Notes: generated by a model not told the origin, from the sequence alone. Counted from the first letter of the stretch, positions 17,581-26,865 are shown. The stretch is DNA of 64,000 nt from a bacterium (GCA_030612965.1 JAUWMW010000001.1:182-64181); one strand, 5' to 3'. Made by a program: numbers and translations.

Positions 17581-17613
17581 TTGCTTGCGCGCCGCAATCG
17601 GGTAGTATATTAT
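17581..17613 (+). promoter_or_regulatory. Sigma70-like promoter upstream of the replication genes
   Basis: TTGCGC (17585-17590), 17 nt, TATTAT (17608-17613). Alternative pairing is TTGCTT/TAGTAT. Lies in a 220-bp non-coding gap. Confidence 0.45.
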
Positions 17614-17687
17614 GGTCTCATGCAGCAACGTAAAACAGAGAACCCAAAATGCAACCACGGCAATTAACCCTGTAGATCGGGGCGGGC

Positions 17688-17730
17688 GGCCATCGGAAGG
17701 CCAATGGAAGGCCAATGGAAGGCCATCGGG
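17688..17730. repeat. Tandem 11-bp repeat GGAAGGCCAAT x ~3.5
   Basis: ggccatc GGAAGGCCAAT GGAAGGCCAAT GGAAGGCCATC ggg. Sits between the promoter and the replication-gene ATG. Confidence 0.85.
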
Positions 17731-17793
17731 CGACTCTGTGCCCGGCTGCATCCCGCCCTCATCTCGGGGCCTGCTACGCCAGGGACGGTGACA

Positions 17794-18789
17794 ATGACCG
17801 ACGACCTTGATATTAGAGTCAAGACTGGCTTTCTACGCCATCCGAAAACACAACGCCTTTGCCGAATCATCGGTGAGGACGCCCCACAGCGGCTCCTGCA
17901 GCTCTGGTGCTTCTGCCGGTTGAACCGGCCCGACGGCGTCCTCACCTACATGGACAACATCTCAATAGCGATCGCAGCCGACTACAGCGGCGATCCGGAT
18001 CAGTTCATCAATACTCTAGTCGATGAACGCTGGCTTGATTTGCACGATATGCACGGCACCTACCAAGTTCACGATTGGGAAGAGCATCAGGGTTGGTCGT
18101 CCGGTGCTGAACGTCGGAAGGCGGCCGCCCGCTACGCCGCCCTGGTCAAAAATCACAGCCAAACTTATGCGGACCGCGTTATGCCAGGCTGGCGTGAGCA
18201 CAAAATCACAACTCGACCTGCGCCCGCACCCCCAATTAAGCCTGCGGGCGCACAGAAAGGTACAACTCGACCTGCGCCCGCACCCCTATCTGTAACAAAG
18301 GGCAGTGCCCCGTCTCCTTCCCTTTCCGTCTCCTTTCCGTCTCCTAAATACAGAGAGGCGAGTTGTACTATGAAAAGCACAACTCAAGTTGAGGAGGAAA
18401 GGGCGAGTTGTGCTATGAAAACAACTTCCAACCACGACAAGAAAACACCACCGATGGCGGTTATCGTCGCTGTCATTGATGATCTGAATGAGGTCACTGG
18501 ACGGACAGACTCACAGCACAAGTTCAAAAGAGTGGGATCCACGATAAAGCTAATACGCGATCGAATGGTCATCGACGGCGCAACCGTGGACGATTTCAAA
18601 CATGTGCACCGAGTTCAGTGGGCAAAGTGGCAGGGCCGGAAGAGTTCCGATGGCGTGCCTATGACTGATTTTATGAGACCGAAGACACTCTATAATCCGA
18701 CGAACTTTGAGCAATACCGAGCAAGCTCGATGCCTCAGGATATTTCAAGTGGAGATCAGTATGGAGAATCTGGAAAAGTCGCTGTTTAA
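17794..18789 (+). CDS. Phage replication organiser / initiator-like protein (DnaD/O-like with conserved phage C-terminal domain)
   Basis: The C-terminal VIDDLNEVTGR...FKRVGSTIKLIRDRM...DDFKHVHRVQWAKW...MRPKTLYNPTNFEQY resembles the conserved phage C-terminus. Followed by a DnaC-like loader. Start taken at ATG 17794. Confidence 0.55.
   Translation: MTDDLDIRVKTGFLRHPKTQRLCRIIGEDAPQRLLQLWCFCRLNRPDGVLTYMDNISIAIAADYSGDPDQFINTLVDERWLDLHDMHGTYQVHDWEEHQGWSSGAERRKAAARYAALVKNHSQTYADRVMPGWREHKITTRPAPAPPIKPAGAQKGTTRPAPAPLSVTKGSAPSPSLSVSFPSPKYREASCTMKSTTQVEEERASCAMKTTSNHDKKTPPMAVIVAVIDDLNEVTGRTDSQHKFKRVGSTIKLIRDRMVIDGATVDDFKHVHRVQWAKWQGRKSSDGVPMTDFMRPKTLYNPTNFEQYRASSMPQDISSGDQYGESGKVAV
18208..18428. repeat. 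Iteron-like repeats inside the replication gene (candidate origin)
   Basis: ACAACTCGACCTGCGCCCGCACCC occurs twice (18208, 18262). GGCGAGTTGT-N-ACAACT(C/T) inverted-repeat units occur twice (18357-18385, 18402-18428). TCCTTTCCGTC occurs as a tandem pair (18317-18338). Confidence 0.6.
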
Positions 18790-19456
18790 TTACGCCGTCG
18801 GTCAGTTTGTGGCGAAGCGTCACCATCTGGTCACCTGGGAGAATGTGCCCTTGTTGGTACGCAAAGAAGCCCGGGCGGCAGGTGACAGCCTTTCCACGAA
18901 CAATCCTCACGGCCTCTTGATTTTGGGACCAGTAGGATCCGGTAAAACGTCTGTAATAGCTTTGATCGTAATCGATCATTTACGGCGGGTCATCAAAAGG
19001 GTGACATCCGAATCCTGGAAAGATTGGCAAGCGTTGAGTATCGATCCAGACTTTAGAATTTTAGAGTATACCTACCAACATCTCGGTTTGAGAATTACAT
19101 CAGTGACCCATAGCGAGCTGGTGCAGAAACTTCGCGCTCACTTCAAAGCCGAAGATCGAGGTGAGATTGTGCGGGGCTTCCCTGATGATTTAGAAAAGCG
19201 AATTGTCTTGATCGACGACCTTGGTGTAGCACACGATGACCGCTCCGGATGGAACCTATCGCTCCAGGAAGACTACTTTGACTGGCGATGGCGTGAGAAC
19301 CTTCCGACGTTCATCACAACCAACCGTGCCGCCAAGAGGGAGTCTCCTGACTACATTAGAAAATGGCCCGGTTGGGAGCGGATAGTTGATCGCATCTGTG
19401 ATCCGGAGTTTATGACAACGGTGGTGTTGAACCGTGAAAGCAGGAGGCGGGCATGA
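18761..19456 (+). CDS. DnaC/IstB-like AAA+ helicase loader
   Basis: Walker A LILGPVGSGKTS and Walker B IVLIDDLG, followed by TFITTN. ATG 18761 is preceded by GGAGA. Confidence 0.75.
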   Translation: MENLEKSLFNYAVGQFVAKRHHLVTWENVPLLVRKEARAAGDSLSTNNPHGLLILGPVGSGKTSVIALIVIDHLRRVIKRVTSESWKDWQALSIDPDFRILEYTYQHLGLRITSVTHSELVQKLRAHFKAEDRGEIVRGFPDDLEKRIVLIDDLGVAHDDRSGWNLSLQEDYFDWRWRENLPTFITTNRAAKRESPDYIRKWPGWERIVDRICDPEFMTTVVLNRESRRRA

Positions 19457-20637
19457 ACTGGCCGGAGCAAATCAACCAAGTCGTTTGTGCGGACGTGCTG
19501 GATTATCTTTCGGGGATTCCGGACGGGGTAGTGCAGACCTGCATCACCAGCCCGCCGTATTGGGGACTGAGAGATTATGGTGTTCTTGGTCAGCTTGGTC
19601 TTGAGTCCACACCCGAAGAGTACGTAGCCAAGATGGTTGAGATATTCGCTGAGGTTCGAAGGGTGCTGCGAGACGACGGGACTGTTTGGTTAAATATAAG
19701 CGATTCGTCCGCATCGGGTAAAGGTACTTGTCATAATCCCGGTGGTGGTGAAAACAGTATCGGCAGAGAACGCAAGGCCGCGGGTGCATACCCGTTGAAT
19801 CGAGGCAATAAGTCAACCTTGGCGGCGTTTGGATTAAAGCCAAAAGACCTATGTCTAATACCTTATCGCATGATTCTGGCGTTGCAAGCCGATGGATGGT
19901 GGATACGTTCCGCAATCGTCTGGGCGAAGGGTCTATCTTTCTGTGATTCCTACGTTGGTTCTATCATGCCCGATTCAGCAGAGGACCGCCCATCATCGGC
20001 TTATGAAATGGTCTATTTGTTGAGTAAGAGTAGACGGTATTATTACGATTACATAGCGGTTAAGGAGTCGTCGGTCAAAGGTGCGGCAGGATCGACATTT
20101 AACACGGGGAAAACAGCCGTTCATCAGGGGGGTAAAGCTTCTGATGCGGAGCGTGTGGAGAGCGGTACTCGTAACTTGCGGAACGTCTGGGTCATACAAT
20201 CAGAGAAATGTTCCCATGCTCACTTTGCTACCTTCCCGACAAAGTTGGTGGAACCGTGTATTCTGGCTGGGACATCCGAGAAGGGTCAATGTCCGGAGTG
20301 CGGCAAGCCCTGGGTGCGGGTGGTGAGTAAGCCAACTGGCGGAACGACCGGTAAAGGTTGGCAACCACATATAGACGATGACATTACAGGAAACAGTGGT
20401 GGAAAGGTCGGACAAAAAGTGTGGGATACCTATAGCCCAGGTTCAACTCTCGGCTGGCGTCCTGACTGTGAGTGCGGCGGTGATCCGGTCCCCCAGATCG
20501 TTCTCGATCCCTTTGGTGGTAAGGGCACGACAGCCAAACGAGCCAAGGAACTCGGCAGAGATTATTTGACGTGTGATCTCAATGAGGAGTACTGTCAGTT
20601 GGCAAGGCAAGAGTTAAGTCAAGAGGAATTGTTTTGA
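19453..20637 (+). CDS. DNA methyltransferase, beta-class N4/N6 family (SPPY motif; possibly N4-cytosine)
   Basis: Motif IV is TSPPYWG (19549-19560). C-terminal motif I is VLDPFGGKGTT. Has Cys-rich inserts CPECG / CECGG. Confidence 0.9.
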   Translation: MNWPEQINQVVCADVLDYLSGIPDGVVQTCITSPPYWGLRDYGVLGQLGLESTPEEYVAKMVEIFAEVRRVLRDDGTVWLNISDSSASGKGTCHNPGGGENSIGRERKAAGAYPLNRGNKSTLAAFGLKPKDLCLIPYRMILALQADGWWIRSAIVWAKGLSFCDSYVGSIMPDSAEDRPSSAYEMVYLLSKSRRYYYDYIAVKESSVKGAAGSTFNTGKTAVHQGGKASDAERVESGTRNLRNVWVIQSEKCSHAHFATFPTKLVEPCILAGTSEKGQCPECGKPWVRVVSKPTGGTTGKGWQPHIDDDITGNSGGKVGQKVWDTYSPGSTLGWRPDCECGGDPVPQIVLDPFGGKGTTAKRAKELGRDYLTCDLNEEYCQLARQELSQEELF

Positions 20638-20990
20638 ACCCGGCGGCTCCAATTAAGGTGCCTTGGACCGGCGTCGGTCGCAACCTGATCCGTCTCTGGG
20701 TGGATACTCACCTTGACCGGGTAATCGGCTATGATTTGATTCGCGCTGCGGTGGATGGCGACACACCATCAGAGATGGAAGGTAAGATCGGCGGGCGTCT
20801 CAATGTGACGGTGTCCGGTGCTGTCGGTGTTTTTGGTAAACCGTCTTTCCTGAAGGTGCGTGGTCGCAAAGAGCGGTACGTCGATTTGGAATGTGAGTTG
20901 CGAGCTGCCGAGGGTCGCATAGTTGAGCACACGGTGGTTTCACAGATATCAGGTGTCACCGTGGAGAACTCGAATGTGGTACAACTGTAA
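20634..20990 (+). CDS. Hypothetical protein
   Basis: 118 aa. TTG start overlapping the upstream TGA. Confidence 0.5.
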   Translation: MNPAAPIKVPWTGVGRNLIRLWVDTHLDRVIGYDLIRAAVDGDTPSEMEGKIGGRLNVTVSGAVGVFGKPSFLKVRGRKERYVDLECELRAAEGRIVEHTVVSQISGVTVENSNVVQL

Positions 20991-21005
20991 ACGAAGGGAG
21001 CACAG

Positions 21006-21623
21006 ATGGCGAACGGGAAGATTTGTTACATGGACTGCGAGACCACAGGGACCGACCCAAGTGAACACGCCCTCATCGAGGTCGCGATGATCGTTGTCGA
21101 TCATGGCGACCAAGTGGGTGAGAAAGTCTGGCGGATGCGTCCATTCGCGCAGGACAAGATCAACAAGGAAGCCTTAGAAAAAAATGGGCTTGACCGTGCG
21201 GACATTCTTGCCTATCCCGACCCGGTCGCTCAATGGCAATCAATCGAGAAATGGCTCGGACGATTCGTAAAGAAGCTCGACAAGAACGACAAGCTGAGTC
21301 CCGCCGGTCATCATGTCGGCTTCGACGTGAACTTCCTGAAGGCACTCTGGCGCAAGGCAGACAAGGAAAAGAAGGGCATCTTCTATGGGTCCTGGTTTGA
21401 CTACCGGACAATCGATAGTGGTGCCTTTGTGAACTGGTTGATCATGGCGGGTGCGCTGAATCTGCCCGACTATAAGCTCGGCACGCTGTGCGAGCATTTC
21501 GGGATAGAACTCACGGACGCACATACTGCTTTCGCCGATGCACATGCTGCCCGGCAACTTATCAACGTGCTGGCGAAAAACCACCTCTGTTGGCCGGGCG
21601 CCGACAAGGCGGAAAGGAAATAA
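21006..21623 (+). CDS. DEDDh 3'-5' exonuclease (DnaQ/epsilon-like)
   Basis: Exo I MDCETTG, Exo II GHHVGFDVNFL, and Exo III HTAFADAHAARQL. Confidence 0.85.
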   Translation: MANGKICYMDCETTGTDPSEHALIEVAMIVVDHGDQVGEKVWRMRPFAQDKINKEALEKNGLDRADILAYPDPVAQWQSIEKWLGRFVKKLDKNDKLSPAGHHVGFDVNFLKALWRKADKEKKGIFYGSWFDYRTIDSGAFVNWLIMAGALNLPDYKLGTLCEHFGIELTDAHTAFADAHAARQLINVLAKNHLCWPGADKAERK

Positions 21624-21627
21624 GAGA

Positions 21628-22158
21628 ATGACGGAGCGGGACATTCAAAATGCACTATACGATTGGAGAGTAAGAACCGCCCCTTTTCCGATAGTGGTCC
21701 CCAATATATATCTTTGGCGGTGGGAATCTGACTTGATCTATTTGAGTCGCAGTTTCTATGCGACAGAGTACGAGATAAAGTTAACACATTCAGACTTTCT
21801 TGCAGATCGGAAAAAAGTAATAAAGCATGATTGTTTAGCCGGCAAGTACCGCGAAGATGGTCCTTCTGAGTTTTTCTATGTTTGCCCGCGTGGGGTTATC
21901 GTTGTTGATGAATTGCCACCCTATGCTGGATTGATGTATATTGAAAAGCGCAAGCCATCTAAGTATCTGTATTCTCCAGGTTGGCTATCGGATTATAAAA
22001 TCACTCAGATTCGGCGTCGACGGCGGAAAAATGCTAAGAAATTAAATGATAGTCAGATCCGGTCTCTGTTAGAGAAGGGTGTTACCCGATATTGGTCACT
22101 TCAACGACATATAAGAAATAATGGTGGACACCCCGACGACGCCGGAGAAAGGAAATAG
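21628..22158 (+). CDS. Putative PD-(D/E)XK nuclease (MmcB-like)
   Basis: ESDLIYLS...ATEYEIKLTHSDF gives an E-x-D ... E-x-K pattern. The gene is visibly more A/T-rich than its neighbours. Confidence 0.4.
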   Translation: MTERDIQNALYDWRVRTAPFPIVVPNIYLWRWESDLIYLSRSFYATEYEIKLTHSDFLADRKKVIKHDCLAGKYREDGPSEFFYVCPRGVIVVDELPPYAGLMYIEKRKPSKYLYSPGWLSDYKITQIRRRRRKNAKKLNDSQIRSLLEKGVTRYWSLQRHIRNNGGHPDDAGERK

Positions 22159-22161
22159 AAT

Positions 22162-22458
22162 ATGATCAAACTGCTACAGATTCACACCAGCTTTGCCTTT
22201 GAGGTTCATCGATATGAAGACGGTCCATCAATCTCGTTATCGTTAGATGTGACAACCAACGGCGTCAACGAGGACGGTAAGGAGCTGACGATCGACGAAA
22301 CGCTGGCCATTCACATGCACACCATGAAGGACCTCCAGGAAGGCAAGCTGCAAGAGACCCTTGAACAGCGTGGCATCAAGATATTGATGGCCCAGGCTGA
22401 ATACAGCAAGCCGGATGTGGTGCCGTCCCTAACCAAAGGCGGAACCGATGGACCTTAA
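22162..22458 (+). CDS. Hypothetical protein
   Basis: 98-aa acidic ORF. Confidence 0.55.
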   Translation: MIKLLQIHTSFAFEVHRYEDGPSISLSLDVTTNGVNEDGKELTIDETLAIHMHTMKDLQEGKLQETLEQRGIKILMAQAEYSKPDVVPSLTKGGTDGP

Positions 22459-23212
22459 CGATCCCCGCGTGCCATGTACTGTCATCTATCGTGCGTCCTT
22501 AGATGGCTTCGAGATTCGTCGCGCTGGCTCGGGTGAGATGTCTGGGGATGTCCGGGTGCTCATTATCACCCGTGACGATGTACTCAAACGTCACTGCAAC
22601 GGTCTCCGGATCACTCCGGAGTTGTTTGAGGCTATGCGTAAGGTGCTCGCCGTGATAGATGCACGACAGATGCGTGGTGAAGATATGGACCTGTCAATCA
22701 ATAGCACCTCCTATGGCAGCATGTTCCCGTTCAATCTGGACCGGCCCCAAGAAGAATCTGAGTGCTGTGCGGTGGAGCTTGCACAAACAACAAAGGAGGC
22801 CGCAGCGAGGGCGGCCGCCTTGGAGAAAGAGTTCAATGAGAAGAAGAAGCGTCAATGTCGGCACTGGACTATCCTTTTCAGCACAATGTGGTTGGTGGCT
22901 GGCCTGATTGGACTGTTCGCCTGGACAGGGCTGGGCTGGAAGGGATCTGTTTGTATCTTCGTCGTTGTGGGTAGCATCCAGAATTTGATCTCGAATATCT
23001 GGCATGATGGGGTCTATCTCGGCGTCAATCTGGAACATTGGTGTCTGTACGGTGCTAGCCTCGTTCTCGGTCCGACGTTTATTGCGCAGTATGTCGGTGT
23101 TTCGCACATCGGCGTCGGCTTCGGTGTGCTGATCTTAGCAATTGGAATCATGCATGCCATCTGGAAGGTCTTACTGCCTTGGGGGCGGCGGAAAAGGAAG
23201 ATAGATAGATGA
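22448..23212 (+). CDS. Hypothetical protein with C-terminal membrane domain
   Basis: 254 aa. The C-terminal third contains about 4 hydrophobic helices. Confidence 0.55.
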   Translation: MDLNDPRVPCTVIYRASLDGFEIRRAGSGEMSGDVRVLIITRDDVLKRHCNGLRITPELFEAMRKVLAVIDARQMRGEDMDLSINSTSYGSMFPFNLDRPQEESECCAVELAQTTKEAAARAAALEKEFNEKKKRQCRHWTILFSTMWLVAGLIGLFAWTGLGWKGSVCIFVVVGSIQNLISNIWHDGVYLGVNLEHWCLYGASLVLGPTFIAQYVGVSHIGVGFGVLILAIGIMHAIWKVLLPWGRRKRKIDR

Positions 23213-23397
23213 ATCTGTTAGAGCTTAATGCAATCATAGAAGCTTTGGAGCCGTTCGTTCGCTACCGTGAGAGCATTTACGAAAACCTGCCGGAGGACTA
23301 CCCCGTTACACGTGAGGACAAACCTCCACAACTCACAGTGGCGAACCTCGACCGGTTGGTCGCCTTACATAAAACACTTAGTTCTCGGGAGGTCTGA
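23209..23397 (+). CDS. Hypothetical protein
   Basis: 62 aa with an ATGA overlap. Confidence 0.45.
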   Translation: MNLLELNAIIEALEPFVRYRESIYENLPEDYPVTREDKPPQLTVANLDRLVALHKTLSSREV

Positions 23398-24045
23398 GTG
23401 AGTCGACGATCTGGTGACATGGTTATCCGCGTGTATGGCACGGCCCGACCCTGGCCGAAGGTGCAGACCGGCTATAAGGAAAGGAAGGGCAAGATAGTGC
23501 CTATCCCACTCAAAAAAGACTTCCGGACACGCACCGTCACCGACCCGTGGACCGGCGAGAAGTCCACGCAACGGCATGATCGTGGCTACAAGATGCGATG
23601 GTTCGAGCACGTCCGTGAAAACGTGCTCATCTGGATGCGTGAGCACGAGCGCCAGCCGTTCGAACGAAATCATCCGGTGGCGATCGGCTGTCTGTTCTTT
23701 GTGCAGAAACCGAAGTCGTCGCAGCTACCATACCCAACGTGTACCCCCGACTTAGACAACTATCGGTACGGTATCCCGAACATGCTGAAGCGGACGCCGG
23801 ACATCAAGCGCGGTGTCGTCCCTGGCCCGTATCCGGAAGGCGTCGCCTTCTACGATGATGACCAAGTGATCTGGGCGGCGTCGCCGGATGGCATGTTGTG
23901 GGCGTCACAGGCAAACCCGCCTGGCGTGCTCATCACGATTATTGATTTAATACAACGACCCGACCCTTTAGAGTGGGGTCGTGCTATAGACAAGGATGTC
24001 TGCGCACAAACTGTTGCGCTTGGCAATGAAGCTCTTTATGGATAG
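23398..24045 (+). CDS. rusA: RusA-like Holliday junction resolvase
   Basis: CTPDLDNYRYGIPNMLK ... AFYDDDQVIW matches the RusA acidic motifs (PDxDN ... DDxQ). Start is GTG 23398 or ATG 23419. Confidence 0.65.
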   Translation: MSRRSGDMVIRVYGTARPWPKVQTGYKERKGKIVPIPLKKDFRTRTVTDPWTGEKSTQRHDRGYKMRWFEHVRENVLIWMREHERQPFERNHPVAIGCLFFVQKPKSSQLPYPTCTPDLDNYRYGIPNMLKRTPDIKRGVVPGPYPEGVAFYDDDQVIWAASPDGMLWASQANPPGVLITIIDLIQRPDPLEWGRAIDKDVCAQTVALGNEALYG

Positions 24046-24054
24046 GAGGCATGA

Positions 24055-24462
24055 ATGAAAGAACTGAGGGTGAAACTCGAGATCGATGGACGCAAGGACG
24101 GTTCTCGCTACTTAGTGATGATCGGCGGGTGCGCCGTCTATCTCTCGGCCGTGCCGTTCAAGATGTTGGCGATCCTTGCTCTCGAACGATGCGGCGAGGA
24201 CGGTGATGGATGGGTCGACACTAAAGACTTGGATGAACACGCCGCGCAGTACATGTGGAAACTACGCGATTGTATCAAGGCCGGTCTCGGTGATCGTCCG
24301 TCGGCAGGATGGGCAGTCGCCGAATCGTTGAGAGAAGGACGCTACCGCCTGTTGGCTCATCCGCGTCTGATTAAGTTCACGAACCTACAGGCACTGATTG
24401 ATTTCGATAACCATGCAATCACGACTAGGCTGCGCGGACCCGGTCGGGTGCTGAAACAATGA
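24055..24462 (+). CDS. Hypothetical protein (possible winged-helix)
   Basis: 135-aa ORF with no firm motif. Confidence 0.5.
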   Translation: MKELRVKLEIDGRKDGSRYLVMIGGCAVYLSAVPFKMLAILALERCGEDGDGWVDTKDLDEHAAQYMWKLRDCIKAGLGDRPSAGWAVAESLREGRYRLLAHPRLIKFTNLQALIDFDNHAITTRLRGPGRVLKQ

Positions 24463-24474
24463 TGGGAGCACACC

Positions 24475-24921
24475 ATGCAACGAGACACTACAGTGACTCT
24501 GATGGACAATCTAACAAAAACGATCCGCCACCATCTGTGGGCCTTTTATGAGGCGGAGCGCAAGCTGGTCTTGTGGGTTGACCTACCTGAGAACGATGAG
24601 GAACGCGCCAGTCACGTCGCCACGATCCAGCGGCACGTTGATCGGGTAAATGATCATATCATTCCGGCGGCGGACGACCTGATGGATTCAACGAAGATGA
24701 GCTTCACCGGCGATGACGCTTACGACGAAGCCTTCACTCTTCTGATTCACGTCCGCAATAAATGGGTAAGGGAGACCAAGGGTGTTATCTCCGGTGAGGA
24801 CGCGGTAGCAAAGGCGGCAAGATGCCAGATATGCGGCGTGGAAGTTTTACAAGCTCCGCGTCAGACAGCACTTGGCGGACCACCCGCCGAAGCCACTGTT
24901 CACCGTACCGACAGAACCTGA
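24475..24921 (+). CDS. Hypothetical protein
   Basis: 148-aa ORF. Confidence 0.55.
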   Translation: MQRDTTVTLMDNLTKTIRHHLWAFYEAERKLVLWVDLPENDEERASHVATIQRHVDRVNDHIIPAADDLMDSTKMSFTGDDAYDEAFTLLIHVRNKWVRETKGVISGEDAVAKAARCQICGVEVLQAPRQTALGGPPAEATVHRTDRT

Positions 24922-24999
24922 CTATGGCCCCGCATACAAACCGAACGGCGAGATCAACTGGCAGTCGGACGAGATGGGGTCAGGGGCTACGGGGCTAAG

Positions 25000-25392
25000 A
25001 TGGCCATGATGCGCGAGGGGTTTGGGCAGAAGCACCAGTGCCCGAAGTGCGGGTCAAGGAAGTGGCGGGTGGCAAATCAGGAAAAGACAAGCGCCGACGT
25101 GACCGATATGATCTTCTGTCACGACTGCCTTGATAAAAAAATGACCGTCGTTGGTACGGATAACGAATTGACCCGTCGTTCTATGGAGGTCTCAAAGGAC
25201 AGATGGGGCAATGCACACATAATCTATCCATTGGCCGACTGGAACCTGTACGAGGTTCGCATGGCCAGGGTCAAGGCTGCACGGCGGGCTGCGGCCAAGG
25301 TACGCAGGGCTGAGTTTGTGGAGCACCCTATTGAAACGACGTTCACCTTGGTCGCCGGCTGGTTCCGACGCAAGGTGGTGCCTGGTGCGTAG
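25000..25392 (+). CDS. Zinc-ribbon protein
   Basis: CPKCG ... CHDC forms a four-Cys pattern. 130 aa. Confidence 0.55.
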   Translation: MAMMREGFGQKHQCPKCGSRKWRVANQEKTSADVTDMIFCHDCLDKKMTVVGTDNELTRRSMEVSKDRWGNAHIIYPLADWNLYEVRMARVKAARRAAAKVRRAEFVEHPIETTFTLVAGWFRRKVVPGA

Positions 25393-25402
25393 GGACCTTA
25401 GT

Positions 25403-25939
25403 ATGAAGCGCAAACCAGTTATCGGCGTTCGGGGAGATTACAAGGCTGCCCGACAACTATACAACAAAATGAAACGGAAGGAGGCCTCTTCGGTCATGAA
25501 TAACACCAGACCCGAACCGACCTACGCCTACATGAAAGACGCCAAAGGCTTCTGTTGGGCCGTCTGCGCGTTCATTCATGGCGACGGGGACATCCTGTAT
25601 GCTTGGACAGTGCGTGCGAAGTGTGATCACGACCACCGCCCGACGGCCAAGAAGCTGCTTGGCTACCGGCTGAACCATTTGTGGTTCGGTGATGAGTCCT
25701 GGCGGCGTCCGTTTCGTAAGTACAGGGGCAAGCGAGTAAATCGTCGGAGGCCGGTAGAGGCTATCCGGATAGAGGACATGGACAAGTGCGGCACCTGGCG
25801 CGACAGTCCAGATGCTTTCAGGGGGGCGCTGGAACGTATCCGGAATCGCATCGCGCTGATGAACGTCGACCACGATCCGCCGGCCTGGTTGGCGTCCGGT
25901 GCGCCCAACGCCTTGGCCTTACGGCGGGTCGGTGGGTGA
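25403..25939 (+). CDS. Hypothetical protein
   Basis: Internal ATG 25403 (MKRKPVIGVRGDYK...) avoids an overlap with the previous gene. Confidence 0.5.
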   Translation: MKRKPVIGVRGDYKAARQLYNKMKRKEASSVMNNTRPEPTYAYMKDAKGFCWAVCAFIHGDGDILYAWTVRAKCDHDHRPTAKKLLGYRLNHLWFGDESWRRPFRKYRGKRVNRRRPVEAIRIEDMDKCGTWRDSPDAFRGALERIRNRIALMNVDHDPPAWLASGAPNALALRRVGG

Positions 25940-26158
25940 ATGGATACGTCCGGCAAAATAGTCATCCCTGAACTGGCGGCCAAGCGGCTCTTTGAGTACG
26001 GTGGTATCGATGCGTTGAACAATTACGTGACCTCTCTGATGGTCATTAAGTTCGGAGAATCGGGGCTGCCTTTCATAACGGTCGTTCACCCAGAGGGTCC
26101 ACCCCAGGACGACTTGGTTCTTGAATGGACACTGATGAACAACGAAAGGCCAAACTGA
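25940..26158 (+). CDS. Hypothetical protein
   Basis: 72-aa ORF abutting the previous stop. Confidence 0.45.
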   Translation: MDTSGKIVIPELAAKRLFEYGGIDALNNYVTSLMVIKFGESGLPFITVVHPEGPPQDDLVLEWTLMNNERPN

Positions 26159-26159
26159 T

Positions 26160-26345
26160 ATGACAACGTGCGATTGGTTTGACAACGGCGCCGGCACAAC
26201 CTTACAATGGGTAGGGCCAGAGGATTCCGTCGACTCGGCCAATCGCTATTTACTCACCCAGTGGGGGTCGTCCGCCGTCCACGCATCTACCGAGTCATCA
26301 GTGATTACTGTCCGGGTTGCCGCTTTTTTATTAGCTGTAACGTAA
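26160..26345 (+). CDS. Hypothetical protein
   Basis: 61-aa ORF, the last before a 200-bp non-coding gap. Confidence 0.4.
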   Translation: MTTCDWFDNGAGTTLQWVGPEDSVDSANRYLLTQWGSSAVHASTESSVITVRVAAFLLAVT

Positions 26346-26439
26346 GAAAATCGGGGCAGCGAGGGCCGGGCTATTTGTAAGTGGTTCACACTGGGGCCTT
26401 TACAGTGCAAAAAAAGTGCGAAAAAGGTCACGAATTCAC

Positions 26440-26468
26440 TTGACAAGGTTTGGCCAATTGCCGATATT
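26440..26468 (+). promoter_or_regulatory. Sigma70-like promoter (middle-gene cluster)
   Basis: TTGACA(AG) at 26440-26445, 17 nt, GATATT at 26463-26468 (TATTTA/TATAGT follow). Lies in a non-coding gap upstream of 26548. Confidence 0.55.
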
Positions 26469-26547
26469 TATAGTATGAAAACGACTGAAGGACATAGAGT
26501 TGAAACTTTAACCGGGGATTGCAAAGCCCCACAATCAGGAGAGAATC

Positions 26548-26865
26548 ATGAGACGGAAGAGAAAACTGATGGCGGCCCAAAAGGAGGCCGCTGCGGAACG
26601 GCGGGCCAAGGTCCGGCCAATGCTGAAGAGGATTGCTCGGGAGCCAGTTACGGACAATAGAAGCCGAGCCAAACGAGCAGAGGAAACGGTATTGAGTCAC
26701 GCCGATGAAGACTACTCAATCGACTACGCCATAACGGACCTATTGGTCGACCTCAGACATCTTTGTGATTTCAAAGGTCTGAGCTTTGTAGATCATGACC
26801 GGACTGCCCATGATCACTATACAGAAGAAGTTGTAGAGGAACGCCATGCCGGAGGTGCGGTGTGA
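26548..26865 (+). CDS. Hypothetical protein (basic N-terminus)
   Basis: 105 aa with AGGAGA upstream. Confidence 0.55.
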   Translation: MRRKRKLMAAQKEAAAERRAKVRPMLKRIAREPVTDNRSRAKRAEETVLSHADEDYSIDYAITDLLVDLRHLCDFKGLSFVDHDRTAHDHYTEEVVEERHAGGAV

